This document shows positions 11,760 to 24,348 of a DNA stretch of 64,000 nucleotides, in pieces. The DNA lies in assembly GCF_006345805.1 (NCBI RefSeq), contig NC_043000.1, positions 17,298,001-17,362,000 on the forward strand, written 5' to 3'. The stretch is from Octopus sinensis (taxonomy: Eukaryota). Position numbers and translations under genes: made by a program. Below the pieces are notes generated by a model, which was not told the DNA's origin, ran no database searches, and saw nothing but the letters and a program-made list of their open reading frames with translations. The first letter of the stretch is position 1; every line of letters starts with the position of its first letter.

Positions 11760-12021
11760 AAAGTAAACTACAAAAGGAAAAGAAAGCAGAAAGTTGTATT
11801 TCTATATTTCGGGGTGAAGACCCTCTCTTCAGAGCATTTTGGAAAAAGCAGTAATTGGAAAAGGCCGTTGCCCTACGCCACACACACATCTGAGCAACGA
11901 CCTTTTCCAACTACAGCTTTTTGCAAATGTCCTGAAGAAAGAGCTTTCATTCCGAAATATAGAAACACAAGGTAAAACTGCAACTTTGTTCTATTTTCCT
12001 TTCCTTTTGTAGTTTACTTTG
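11760..12021. mobile_element. Degenerate foldback element (arms about 110-128 bp) with CTGAAGA...GAAA motifs
   Basis: aaagtaaactacaaaagg...gccgttgc mirrored by gcaacgacc...gtagtttacttt around a short spacer. Confidence 0.55.
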
Positions 12022-12231
12022 TATCTTTTCGCATTTTTCCGGCCTTATACACACATACACATGTATATATGTATGTATATATATATATGTATACGAATAC
12101 ACACACACAGACACACACACGTAGGTTCGTGATCCAACACAGGGATTATTCGATACAAATTGGGCAAAAGGCTCAGGTGTGTGTGTGTATGTGTGTGTAT
12201 ATACATGCACAGACATACACACATATATATA

Positions 12232-12632
12232 ACTAGCAGTATCGCCCGGCGTTGCTCGGGTTTGTAAGGGAAATAACTATATAAGCATTTTTAGAGAGTT
12301 ATAGCCAAAAAATAGCAAAAAAATGCATTAAAAATGGAGAAAAAATGATGGTAATTTTTTTTTAAAATCGTTGACTCATCGTAGACATTTTTAGAGAGTT
12401 ACTTCTCTTATATAACAGCGAAAAAATGCATTAAAATGGAAAAAAAATGATGGTAAATTTTTTTTTTAATCGTAGACTCATCGTAGACGCGCGCTAATAC
12501 CCAGAAGGGCTCGATATGAATCACGACTATAAGATACCCGGTTTTGGTTAAACTGCACCGCAAAATGTGGGAGTAGTTAGGAATCTAAATCGTAGGAGAC
12601 AGACACACAACTTGACTTTTATATATAAAGAT
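12232..12632 (-). mobile_element. Non-autonomous Helentron/DINE-1-like element
   Basis: Ends atctttatatataaaag ... gccgggcgatactgctagt with a subterminal GC hairpin; no TSD; three copies in the window. Confidence 0.75.
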
Positions 12633-12845
12633 AACAAAAATGGATTTTAAAGATTCACAACAGTTGCTTCTGCAGCATTTTTTTTATTGATGAGTTGTTT
12701 GGTTACTACAATTACATCATGAAAAAATCCGCTTTCATCCGCGAGTTTAAACTTAGGTAGAAGAAAATTCTGAGCGGCCCGCTTTGTTAGGCATCGCTTT
12801 GACAATTGTAGTAACTGTTCTATTCATCAATAAATAAATGAATTT

Positions 12846-13234
12846 GAGGCGCAATGGCCCAGTGGTTAGAGCAGCGGACTCGCGGTCGTAGGATCGCGGT
12901 TTCGATTCCCAGACCGGGCGTTGTGAGTGTTTATTGAGCGAAAACACCTAAAAGCTCCACGAGGCTCCGGCAGGGGATGGTGGTGATCCCTGCTGTATTC
13001 TTTCACCACAACTTTCTCTCACTCTTACTTCCTGTTTCTGTTGTACCTGTATTTCAAAGGGCCGGCCTTGTCACTCGCTGTGTCACGCTGAATATCCCCG
13101 AGAACTACGTTAAGGGTACACGTGTCTGTGGAGTGCTCAGCCACTTACACGTTAATTTCATGAGCAGGCTGTTCCGTTGATTTTGATTCGGATCAACCGG
13201 AACCCTCATCGTCGTAACCGACGGAGTGCTTCCA
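12846..13234 (+). mobile_element. SINE family C
   Basis: Similarity to other family C copies. Confidence 0.9.
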
Positions 13235-13646
13235 CCAGTCCAAATTTTGAGTTAAAGAATAAAACGATGGGATGTTATCTACAAAGAGTTAGCTGCGCAA
13301 GGACAAATAACAGCAGTCCATATTCTCAAATCCAGTTTTCATCTAAACAAAACCAAGTGGTTTCTGTCTACAGTCAATCAACAAATATAACTTAGGAATG
13401 AGTGCCACCAAGCCACGTTTAATTCAACATCTTCGAATCTTCATAAATTGTTACTTGAGATTAAGATTTTGGTCTTCATCTTAGTCTTCGATCTCTTCAA
13501 ATCATATTAAAAGAAGACAATTGAGGATTCGTTCAAAATGAAAATAAATACCTGACCTCAGACATTTTAACCCCTTTACACCACGCCTCTCTTTTGCAAT
13601 AGTGACTCGTCTCAAAACTACTGTGTGGCTATCCTTGTTGCTATTG

Positions 13647-13873
13647 TCTTCTTCTTCTTTTCTTCTTCTTCTTCTTCTTCTTCTTCTTTCTTTTCTTCTT
13701 CTTCTTCTTCTCTTCTTCTTCTTCTTCTTCTTTTCTTCTTCTTCTTCTTCTTCTTCTTCTTTTCTTCTTCTTCTTCTTCTTTTCTTGTTCTTCTTGTTCT
13801 TCTTGCTCTTCTTTTTCTTCTTCTCTTCTTCTTCTTCTTCTTCTTCTTCTTCTTCTTCTTCTTCTTCTTCTTT
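13647..13873. repeat. (CTT)n microsatellite
   Basis: Direct inspection. Confidence 0.97.
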
Positions 13874-14189
13874 TCTACTTCCAATCAGGACTCACGCCAT
13901 TAGCCACAAAGAATAATCTCTAATTCGAGCCTACTCTAAGCTACAAAGAATGCGTGTGGCAACTTGAAGATCCACCCACCACACGCGATAAACTGGCGGT
14001 TGCACGGGTGCGAAAGCTACGCTGTTATCCTCATTCCGTAAACGGTGGCTTTTAACGGGTGGAGAGCTGAACCGTCCTGGGGTACAGAGGATTCGCAGAT
14101 CGACGTCTCGTTTACAGGCATGTTGTGATTGGTCACTTATATGCCATGGAAACTGAGTAACTAGCCTTGAATCTTAGGACACAAGAAAA

Positions 14190-14500
14190 TAGTGGTTTCA
14201 AATTTTGGCGCAAGGCCATCGATCTCTGTGCTCAACTGCTATTTCCTTTATCAACCCCGAAAGGGATGAAAGGCAAAGTCGACCTTGGCAGAATTTGAAC
14301 TCAGAACGTAACAGCAAACGAAATACTACTAAGCATTTTGCCCGGTGTGCTATCGTTTCTGCCAGCTCGCCACATTTTCTTTCAGTTTCTGTCTATCAAA
14401 TCCACTCACAAGGCTTTGGTCAGCCCAAGGCTATAGTAAAAGACACTTGCATAAGGTGCCATGCAGTGAACCCAGGACCATGTGGTTGAGAAATGAGCTT
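14190..14500 (-). mobile_element. Adjacent SINE B variant and SINE A 5' fragment
   Basis: Family cores recognisable. Confidence 0.75.
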
Positions 14501-14529
14501 AAAAACAAAAATCTGGGCATTCATACAAG

Positions 14530-14705
14530 GACATCACAGACTTTGTTTCAATTAATTTTGAAAATAATGAAGAATTTGATAAATTCCCTTTATCATTATT
14601 AAGCTGGTGTTTGGCCCATAAATTAACATGAAATTTTGATAGGAAACTTTGAGATCACTTTAAAAAAGGAGGTTTGTATCATAAAAGCAATGTTTAAAAG
14701 GGATG
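14530..14705 (+). mobile_element. Fragment of piggyBac-type MITE (related to 52890-53690)
   Basis: Shared aattttgaaaataatgaagaattt...gtttgtatcata body. Confidence 0.55.
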
Positions 14706-15180
14706 TTTAAAAGGGATGAAAGGCAAAGTTGACCTCGTCGGAATTTGAACTCAGAACGTAAAGACGGACGGAATGCCTCCAAGCATTTTTGCTCAGCTTC
14801 GTTAACAATACTGCCAAAGAAAAATATTAATAACAATGAAAAAGTAGATAATACTGATAAAAAAAAATGTGAAAAGTTGATTGTAATACAAAGCGGTCAG
14901 GAACCAGCAATTAAGAAAAATTGTTTAAAGAGATGCCGTATATTATTGTTTAGCCTAGTGGTTGTCAAACTGACAAATACCAGGCTCTGTTGAAATATTT
15001 GAGAAATTTCTTGACACCTCTCCCCCCCCCTCTCTCTCTTTATTAATGAGATGAAAAACTAGATTTTGCATTCGTATAATTCTTCTTTCTTCACTGAGGT
15101 ATTTGATATGTTTAAAAAGTTGGAAGCCATCTTAATTCATTCGTCCCTTCTGCAATACTTACAGGCTGCGCCCACTAATA

Positions 15181-15777
15181 GTGGCTGTGTGATTAGAAGC
15201 TTGGCTCCCTACCAAATGGTTCTGGGTTCAGTCCCACTGCATGTTACCTTGGATAAGTGTCTTCTGCTATAGCCTCGGGCTAACCAAATCTTATGAGTGA
15301 TATCGGTTCACAAAAACTGAAAGAAGCTCGTCGTAATGTGTGGGGGTGTGGGGTGGGAGGCGTGTGGGGGGCGTGGGGGGTCTCTGTGTGTGTGGTGTGT
15401 GTATGGCTGTATGCAAAAGGCAACGAGCTGACAGAATCGTTAGCACGCTGGGCGAAATGCGTAGCCGTATTTCGTCTTCAGTTACGTTCTGAGTTCAAAT
15501 TCTGCCGAGGTCGACTTTGCCTTTCATCCTTTCGGGGTCGATTAAATAAGTACCAGTTACGCTCTGGGGTCGATGTAATCGACTTAATCCGTTTGTCTGT
15601 CCTTGTTTGTTCTCTCTGTGTTTAGCCTCTTGTGGGTAGTAAAGAAATTGGCTGTATGCAACGGAATAAGAACCAGGCTTTAAAGAAATAAGTAGTGGGG
15701 TCGATTCAGTCGACTAAAACTTCATCAAGGCGGCGCCCCAGCATGGCCACAGAATAATGACTCATGCCAGTAAAGAT
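15181..15777 (+). mobile_element. SINE A interrupted by SINE B (15417-15648, TSD tggctgtatgcaa)
   Basis: 13-bp direct repeat at 15404-15416 and 15649-15661; family A head before and tail after. Confidence 0.85.
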
Positions 15778-15808
<31 letters not shown>

Positions 15809-16560
15809 CACACACACAATGCACACACACACACACACAACGCACACACACACACACACATACACACACACACACACATACACAAACACGCACACACACA
15901 TACACACACACACACAAACACACACACACGCACACACACACACACACACGCACACACGCACGCACACACGCACGCACACACGCACACACACAGATGTGCG
16001 CACATTATTACGCGGAATCCCGTAATTTCTGAGAAAATTTTTGAGTTACATTTGAGGAATTTTCGCCAACTCTTAACCAAGAGAAATTTATTGCTCGGAT
16101 TGTTGAATATTTCTAGGTTCCATGACGCAGCAGGCATACTTCACGTTTTACTTTCCTCTATCAGCCAGAGAATCAAACGAGTCTGTGTGGCATATTTGAG
16201 TAAATCGCTTGCATTCCAGTTAAGGTCGGTTTGTTAAGACTCACTAGGTGTGTTCAAATTATGACCAATCCCTTAACTAACTACAGACAGCATCGTGATA
16301 CCAGAACCAGAGATACGTAGAGAGTAACGCAGCACGAAGTTACATACACACACACACACAGACACACACATACACACACACGCACACACGCAGCGCGCAC
16401 ACACGCACGCACGCACGCACACACACACACACACACGCACGCACGCACACACAACGCACGCACACACGCGCACACACACAGACACGCACGCACACACACA
16501 CAAACACACACACACAAACACACACACACACACATATATATGTATACACACGCATGCGTG
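15778..16560. repeat. Two (CA)n/(CACG)n microsatellite fields (about 15778-15992 and 16343-16560)
   Basis: Direct inspection. Confidence 0.9.
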
Positions 16561-16840
16561 CATATACATGTAAGGAGAGGTATAGATATATAGATAGATA
16601 TATAGAGATGTTTGGAGATAGCGAAGGAGTCAGAAGATTGATATATGTGCGCACACACACACTGACTGGGACACACTGACACACACTGACAGGGTGCGCA
16701 AGACGTTTGGGGACAGATTTATTTATATTTACAAAAAACAAAACATATACATAATAACAGATAATGATTTTATTTATCAAAAAAAAATACTATGAGGAAA
16801 AAAATAAACCTTGTTTTCTATAATTGGTATTCAATAAAGC

Positions 16841-17232
16841 GTGGAGGTGCAATGGCCCAGTGGTTAGGGCAGCGGACACGCGGTCATAGGATCGCGGTTT
16901 CGATTCCCAGACCGGGCGTTGTGAGTGTTTGTTGAGCGAAAACACCTAAAGCTCCACGAGGCTCCGGCAGGGGATGGTGGTGATCCCTGCTGTACTCTTT
17001 CACCACAACTTTCTCTCACTCTTACTTCCTGTTTCTGTTGTACCTGTATTTCAAAGGGCCGGCCTTGTCACTCTCTGTGTCACGCTGAATTTCCCCGAGA
17101 ACTACGTTAAGGGTGCACGTGTCTGTGGAATGCTCAGCCACTTACATGTTAATTTCACGAGCAGGCTGTTCCGTTGATTCGGATCAACCGGAACCCTAGT
17201 CGTCGTAACCGACAGAGTGCTTCCATCCATCC
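16841..17232 (+). mobile_element. SINE family C, TSD attcaataaagc
   Basis: 12-bp direct repeat at 16829-16840 and 17233-17244. Confidence 0.92.
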
Positions 17233-17244
17233 ATTCAATAAAGC

Positions 17245-18330
17245 CTCCTTCACCTATGTGAGATCTAAATCATCTACATGCTTGAATCAAGTGGTCCTGG
17301 TTCATTTTGGACATTACTCTGACTATAGCAACTTTCAAAGAATCTTTGGTGGTGCTATGGATGTGTTCATTGACCTCTCTCTCAACAATGCTCCATATAT
17401 AATAGTCCAATGGATTGAGATCTGGGGAATTAGGAGGCCAAATGTTAGGGGTTATGTGATCATGAAAATTTTCAGCCATCCATTCTTGTGTTACTAGAGC
17501 CATGTGTGGTAGTGCAGAGTCTTACTGAAACACATATGGCCTTCTATTGCACACACTGTGTATCCAGGGCTCAACAATTATTTCCAGGACCTCAATGTAG
17601 GTGGCAGAATTAACTCTAAGCTCCTTGTGGAAAGAAGTAAGGAGGCATCACATATCCTTCATTGCTGACAACCCCTAGAAACCATTATAGTTGCAGGAAA
17701 TTTTGTATGCATAACACTTGGAACTTCTGAAGGGTCTACACATAATCATCTGTCATTTCTTCTGTTAACTTTTTGATCTTGGTCTCGTTTGAGAAAAACT
17801 AAATCAAATCTTCTGCTGGATTTTTGAGTTTGTTTAGGAGCCTTTTAGATCTGATGTAGTGATTTTCTTTTGCTTTTTCGGACAAATTGACGTTTCCTCA
17901 TCATATAAGAATTGTATCTGATGTCTTCATGGACATCATTTCTGACTGTTCCTTCTGACACATGGAGATCTTTTGCAATTGACCTCACGGACTTTCTGGA
18001 ATTGTAATCAATGGTCTGTTGAACTTGCCGGATAAATTCAGACCATTTAGAATGCTCTTTATGCTTTGAGACTGGCGATACATTTCCATCTTCAGTCTCT
18101 AGCTCCTTACAAATTTTGTAGACGAAAGATCTGGCAACTTTTAAACATCGAAATATTTCTAAATCGCTATGTTCAGCATTTATAACCACAATAACGGCAT
18201 GCCCCTTCATTTCTTGAGTAAACTGAGAGTCTGCAATTATTATTTTCTGAAACAAAGATTATACAGAGTTATAAAAAAATGCAGCAACGACCCAAAAAGG
18301 TATGTCCTCAAATTTCTTACGCAAACTGTA
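17245..18330 (-). mobile_element. maT/DD37D-like transposase pseudogene
   Basis: ORFs 17845-18255 (HTH, DIRY) and 17270-17503 (WPPNSPDLNPLDYYIWS). Confidence 0.85.
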
Positions 18331-18461
18331 TATAGAGAGGGAGAGAGACGAAGAGAGACATTGTATGAGTGTATACATGTATATGTGTGTGTTTGTTGTT
18401 TGTGTGTTTGTGTTTGTGTGTGTGTGTGTGTGTATGAATACATATATATATCAATAACCCG

Positions 18462-18685
18462 AACCGCTCTATAAACTCTATACATACTCAACAAATGCAG
18501 CAGTATTTCTATGCTGGAGTCCCTAATTTGCATACCGAAAATTTTTAATCGCTCTATAAACTCTATATATACACAACAAATGCAGAAGTTATTCTATGCT
18601 GCAGTCCCTAATTTGCATACCGAAAATTTTTAACCGCTCTATAAGCTTTATGTATACTGAAGAAATGCAGAAGATATTCTATGCG
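18462..18685 (+). repeat. 85-bp tandem repeat x2.6
   Basis: cgctctata recurs at 18465, 18550 and 18635. Confidence 0.9.
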
Positions 18686-18691
18686 TGAGAT

Positions 18692-18930
18692 GCTTTTATT
18701 CGTTTACTTGTTTCAGTCATTTTCACTGTGGCCATACTGGAGCAGCACATTTTTGTCGAATAAATCGACCCCAGGACTTATCATTTGTAAGCCTAGTACT
18801 TATTCTATCGGTCTCTTGCCGAACAATTATACGGAGACATAAACATACCAACGTCGGTTGTCAAGCGATGATCGCATGACAAACATACATACATACATAG
18901 ATACATATACATATATATATATATATATAT

Positions 18931-18992
<62 letters not shown>

Positions 18993-19145
18993 ATATACGA
19001 CGGGCTTCTTTTAGTTCCGTCTACCAAATCCTCTCACGAGATTTTGGTCGGCCCGCGGCTATAGTAGAAGACACTTGCCCAAGGTGCCACGCAGTGGAAC
19101 TGAACCCGAACCCTGTGGTTGGGTAGCCAACTTCTTAGCACACAA
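18692..19145 (-). mobile_element. SINE family A with expanded (TA)n
   Basis: Similarity to other family A copies. Confidence 0.85.
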
Positions 19146-19214
19146 TTACGCCTGTATGGGGAAAAAAACTACATGTGTATGAGAGAGTATCGGAAATAGA
19201 TACGTGGATAGAGA

Positions 19215-19234
19215 GACAGACAGTGTGAGAGTCT

Positions 19235-19267
<33 letters not shown>

Positions 19268-19376
19268 CACAGACAGACAGACAGTCAGACAGATAGACAG
19301 ATAGGCAGATAGACAGACAGACAGACAAATAGATAGATAGAAAGATAGATAGACAGATAGAGTGAGAGAGACCACG

Positions 19377-19418
<42 letters not shown>

Positions 19419-19484
19419 TAGATAGATAGATAGACAGGCAGATGACAGACAGACAGGCAGACAGACAGACAGACAAATAGATAA

Positions 19485-19575
<91 letters not shown>

Positions 19576-19998
19576 TGTTTCTTTATTAGCCACACAGGGC
19601 TGCACACAGATAGAACAAATTGCAAAAGCCCACAGGTCGGAAATTGTTGGACACTGAACGAGTGCGTGCAGAACGGTTTCGTCGCTCTGACCGCATCTCG
19701 GGCAGGTCGGCCCCGTGTTTCTCGAGCCGTGTCTGTAGAGCTTATCCCGAACGGGTAGCGCTTCTCGGTAGCACTGCCAGGCCAGGGATCTCTGGAAGTT
19801 GTCCATGGGCCCTGGCCCGAAAGTCGTCCTGAACAGGCGGGTCAGGTACTCCTCGTCGACGTCCAGGTTCGCCCCGAGCTCGTCGTCGTACCTCCCCTCC
19901 ACTAAACCCCTATAGAATGCTTTGGTTGTGTTGAAGTCACTTAAGGTCGACCCAGGACGGCAGAGTTGCTTGAGAGCAACGCGACACTCGCGAGATAG

Positions 19999-20062
<64 letters not shown>

Positions 20063-20063
20063 G

Positions 20064-20134
<71 letters not shown>

Positions 20135-20139
20135 GGATG

Positions 20140-20206
<67 letters not shown>

Positions 20207-20207
20207 G

Positions 20208-20272
<65 letters not shown>

Positions 20273-20283
20273 GCAGACAGACA
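19215..20283. repeat. (GACA)/(GATA)n field hosting a Tx1 fragment
   Basis: Direct inspection. Confidence 0.95.
19575..19993 (-). mobile_element. Tx1-like LINE ORF2 C-terminal fragment (zinc finger) fused to the 3' tail
   Basis: [20 protein letters not shown]...[18 protein letters not shown] (zf-RVT-type), then tail cagccctgtgtggctaataaagaaac. Confidence 0.85.
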
Positions 20284-20460
20284 AGAAAACAAGGGTTGAA
20301 AATGAGTGGAATATATCAGATCCCATTATCTCGTATTCTGCGCTTTACGTGACTTTCACGGTGAGTTTTGTTTTCTCTCAGCAAATTAAGATTTCTATTA
20401 TCAGCAAATGGATGGATATTTATCTTTGCATCTGTAAATGTCTAGTGTGTGTGTGTGTGT

Positions 20461-20503
<43 letters not shown>

Positions 20504-20593
20504 TACGTATATCTGGGCGTGTATTACACGAGTGTTTGGAGTGCTGCAGGGTGTAGTACACAAATGCAAATACAATCAGCAAACCTGAGATCG

Positions 20594-20638
<45 letters not shown>

Positions 20639-20863
20639 CCCTCTATTTCTCCCTCCCTCTCTTCCTCTCTCTCTCTCTCTTTCCCTCCCCTCTCTCTCTT
20701 TCCCTCCCCGCTCTCTCTTTCCTTCAATCTCTCCTCCCTCGGTCTCTGTTTCTCTGTCTTTCTAACTCTCTGTCTATCTCTGTCTCTCTCTCTGTCTCTC
20801 AATCGCAAAGACATCAAAAGTGAAGAATCTTGTCCCAATTAGATCTTGTTTGAGCAAACTTAC

Positions 20864-21467
20864 ACACATGTACGTGCATGTGTGTGTGTGCATGCGGGCA
20901 TGTGTGTGTGTGCGTGTGCGCGTGTGTGTGTGCGTGTGCGCGTGTGTGTGCGTGTGTGTGTGTGCATGCGTGCATGTGTGTGTGTGTGTGTCTGTGTGTG
21001 CATACGTGCATGTGTGTGTGTGTGCATGCGTGAATGTGTGTGTATGCGTGTGCGTGTGTGTGTGCATGCGTGTGTGCCTGCGTGCATGTGTGTGTGTGCG
21101 TGCGTGTGTGTGTGTGTGCATGCGTGCATGTGTGTGTGTGTGCATGCGTGAATGTGTGTGTATGCGTGTGCGTGTGTGTATGTGTGTGTGTGTGCATGCG
21201 TGCATGTGTGTGTGTGCGTGCGTGCATGTGTGTGTGTTTGTGTGTGTGTTATGTGTGTGTGTGTATGTGTGTGCATGCGTGCATGTGTGTGTGTGCATGC
21301 GTGCATGTGTGTGTGTGCGTGTGTGTGTGTGTGTGCATGCGTGCATGTGTGTGTGTTTGTGTGTGTGTGCATGCGTGCATGTGTGTGTGTGTGTTATGTG
21401 TGTGTGTGTATGTGTGTGTGTGTGTGTGTGTGCATGCGTGCATGTGTGCGTGTGTGTGTGTGTGTGC
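20864..21467. repeat. Complex (GT)/(GCAT) microsatellite
   Basis: Recurring gtgcatgcgtgcatgtgtgt modules. Confidence 0.95.
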
Positions 21468-21720
21468 AACGCCATTCATTGCCAGTGTCCTGCTATCGCA
21501 CGTCCTGCATTTAATAATAATTTTTTTTCCTATTTAGGCTCAAAGCCTAAATTACAAAATCATTATTTTCCTGCAGTATTTTATTTTATTGACCCTGAAG
21601 TGATGTAAGGTAAAGTTGAGCTTATCTAGAGTTGAACTCAGAACACTTCCTCCTAATGATAGCGATAGAACAGGTAGAATACACGGATAGCTCTGACACG
21701 AGACTCTAGGCTCTATAACC

Positions 21721-21888
21721 TCTTTCTTTATTACCCACAAGGGGCTAAACACAGAGGGGACAAACAAGGACAGACATAGGTATTAAGTCAATTACATCGT
21801 CCCCGGCGGAATTTGAACTCAGAACGTAACGACAGACGAAATACCGCTAAGCATTTCGCCCGGCGCGCTAACGTTTCTGCCAGGTCGC
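21721..21888 (-). mobile_element. SINE B with internal deletion, TSD ctaggctctataacc
   Basis: 15-bp direct repeat at 21706-21720 and 21889-21903. Confidence 0.9.
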
Positions 21889-21989
21889 CTAGGCTCTATA
21901 ACCGAAACATCCCCATTTCCATGATGTACAGGCAGCTGAGAGAATACACTATTCACCCCTGAAAAGGACGCCAGCTCGTCCAAGATTAA

Positions 21990-22285
21990 CGCCTAGATAC
22001 GTTCAATAAGTAATGTCCCTGACCCACTTCTCGTAGCAGTAGAACAACGAAACTTGGCACAGTTATTAGTCTTTTTCTACATAGGAACCACCCAGAGTTA
22101 CGCATTTCTCCCATCGTTTGATGCAGCTCTGGTGACCGTTTTTGTAGAAGACCCCAGCTTGGTCCCCCAACCACGACGTGACTTCAGAAATCAAGGCTGC
22201 ATCGTCTGGGAAATGCTTTCCTTTCAAAAACAACTTCATGGCTGGGAAGAGGTGAAAACATTTTCAATTGAGGACTGAAGCAATG
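21990..22285 (-). mobile_element. mariner transposase C-terminal remnant
   Basis: Minus frame FHLFPAMKLFLKGKHF...YKNG...RWEKCVTLGGSYVEK. Confidence 0.8.
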
Positions 22286-22289
22286 TGAT

Positions 22290-22651
22290 GTGGAAGCACT
22301 CCGTCGGTTACGACGATGAGGGTTCCGGTTGATCCGATCAACGGAACAGCCTGCTCGTGAAATTAACGTGTAAGTGGCTGAGCACTCCACAGACACGTGT
22401 ACCCTTAACGTAGTTCTCGGGGATATTCAGCGTGACACGGGCGGCCCCTTGAAATACAGGTACAACAGGAAGTAAGAGTGAGAGAAAGTTGTGGTGAAAG
22501 AGTACAGCAGGGATCACCACCATCCTCTGCCTCGTGGAGCTTTTAGGTGTTTTCGGTCAATAAACACTCACAACGCCCGGTCTGGGAATCGAAACCGCGA
22601 TCCTATGACCGCGCGTCCGCTGCCCTAACCACTGGGCCATTGCGCCTCCAC
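22290..22651 (-). mobile_element. SINE family C (small internal deletions)
   Basis: Similarity to other family C copies. Confidence 0.9.
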
Positions 22652-23242
22652 AATTATGTATGAAATTTACAACTACTGATATTGGTGTGACGTGAAAAAG
22701 TTGAAACTCTATGGGATCGTCCCGTGTCGAGAGGTTATGACGTCAGGGTTTGTTTTGGTTCTTCAGATGCCAGCAGCTACCAAATGAACACAGTTCAAAA
22801 ACATAGGAGGTTAGTCAAATAAAGTTATGATTTCAGAAAGTTCTTCCAAAGCAATGCGATTAACAAAAACACAGACGTTCTACTTTTATCACACAAGTGG
22901 TCGTGGAAATTGAGACAATTGTTGAAAAAGAGCCAATTTAAAAAAAAAATGTGCTTGGTGGAAGCGGTCGCTCCTCTTGCTTCCCTATTGGCTACGTCAC
23001 TGAGTCCACGCACCTTCACAAGTTCTGTTTAATAATTCCTTCTATTTTGGGCACAAGGCGAGCAATTACGGGAAGGAGTAGTCGTTTGCATCAACTCCAG
23101 TAATTGACAGGTGCTTATTTTATCGACTCCAAAAGGCTAAAAGACAAAATCAGCCTCGGTAGCATTTGAAGAGCCAGAAGAAATCCTGCTAAGCATTTTA
23201 ACCGGCGTGATAACGATTCGGCCAACTCGCCGCCTCAGTTTT

Positions 23243-23639
23243 ATCTTTATATATAAAAGTAAGGTTGTGTGTCTGTCTCCTACGATTTAGATTCCTAACT
23301 ACTCCCACATTTTGCGGTGCAGTTTAACCAAAATCGGGTATCTTATAGTCGTGATTCATATCGAGCCCTTCTGGGTATTATCGCGCGTCTACAATGAGTC
23401 TACGATTTTTAAAATAATTTACCATCATTTTTTCCATTTTGATGCATATTTTTTTTAATATAAGGGAAGTAACTCTCTAAAAATGTCTACGATGAGTCAA
23501 CGATTTTTAAAAAAATTTACCATCATATTTTTTTCCATTTTTAATGCATTTTTTTGCTATTTTTTGGCTATAACTCTCTAAAAATGCTTTATAGTTATTT
23601 CCCTTACAAATTCGAGCAACGCCGGGCGATACTGCTAGT
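23243..23639 (+). mobile_element. Non-autonomous Helentron/DINE-1-like element
   Basis: Reverse complement of 12232-12632. Confidence 0.75.
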
Positions 23640-23911
23640 ATTTAATAAGAAGATACTTTCTCACTCGGTGACTCGTCACATTTTAAGCAATCTGCCATCC
23701 GATTCTTCGAGATCTTGTCGCGCCTTGTGTCTGACCAATTGAAGATTGCCAAACAAAAGTTCAGACACATTTTACAACATGGAGACCCTCAAACAACAAC
23801 TGGTCTTCACCTCTCTACCTAATCTCAAAGGAAACCCCTGTTAACTGGTGCCCTTGTTGCGAATAACGGATACTTAATACTCGTATAGTTACCGATCAGA
23901 ATCATACAGCC

Positions 23912-24348
23912 TGTAACAGAGTGAGAGATTCCCGCACTGGATGGGCGCTGCTCGCATCCTTTACATTAAATATTAATTGACGAAAGAGTCAAGATTTTCC
24001 GTTAACTTCAACAGAATAAATATTTATTCTTTGATTCGCAATATAAACATTTCCTTCTTCTGGGTGAATCGGCAACTTAGGAGCTCGTCGGCAGTAGTCA
24101 AGTGGAGTGAGTCAATCCTGCCCATTCAAGCATAGCGGAGATGCGCCACGAGGTAGCAGCTTGAGAGAGCTCCTAGAGACAAGTCTGTATCTTTCAGATG
24201 TTAGCGTCAAAAGGTAAAAAATACAAGCAAGAGAATTTCGCTGCTGCTAGTTTTCTGCGTATGCGCATGAGGGAACTCCCGGCAGGCCTTCCGGAAGATT
24301 CCAACCCTGCGCATGCGTGCTGGAGATTTCCAAGATGGCGTCACTACA
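23912..24348 (-). mobile_element. Solo LTR (TGTA...TACA) with 4-bp TSD agcc
   Basis: agcc at 23908-23911 and 24349-24352; related to 702-1078; the Gypsy RT frame resumes across it. Confidence 0.85.

Noticed and set aside
13602-13916. Poly-K/R/E and poly-F/L/S ORFs
   Set aside because: Translations of the (CTT)n tract.
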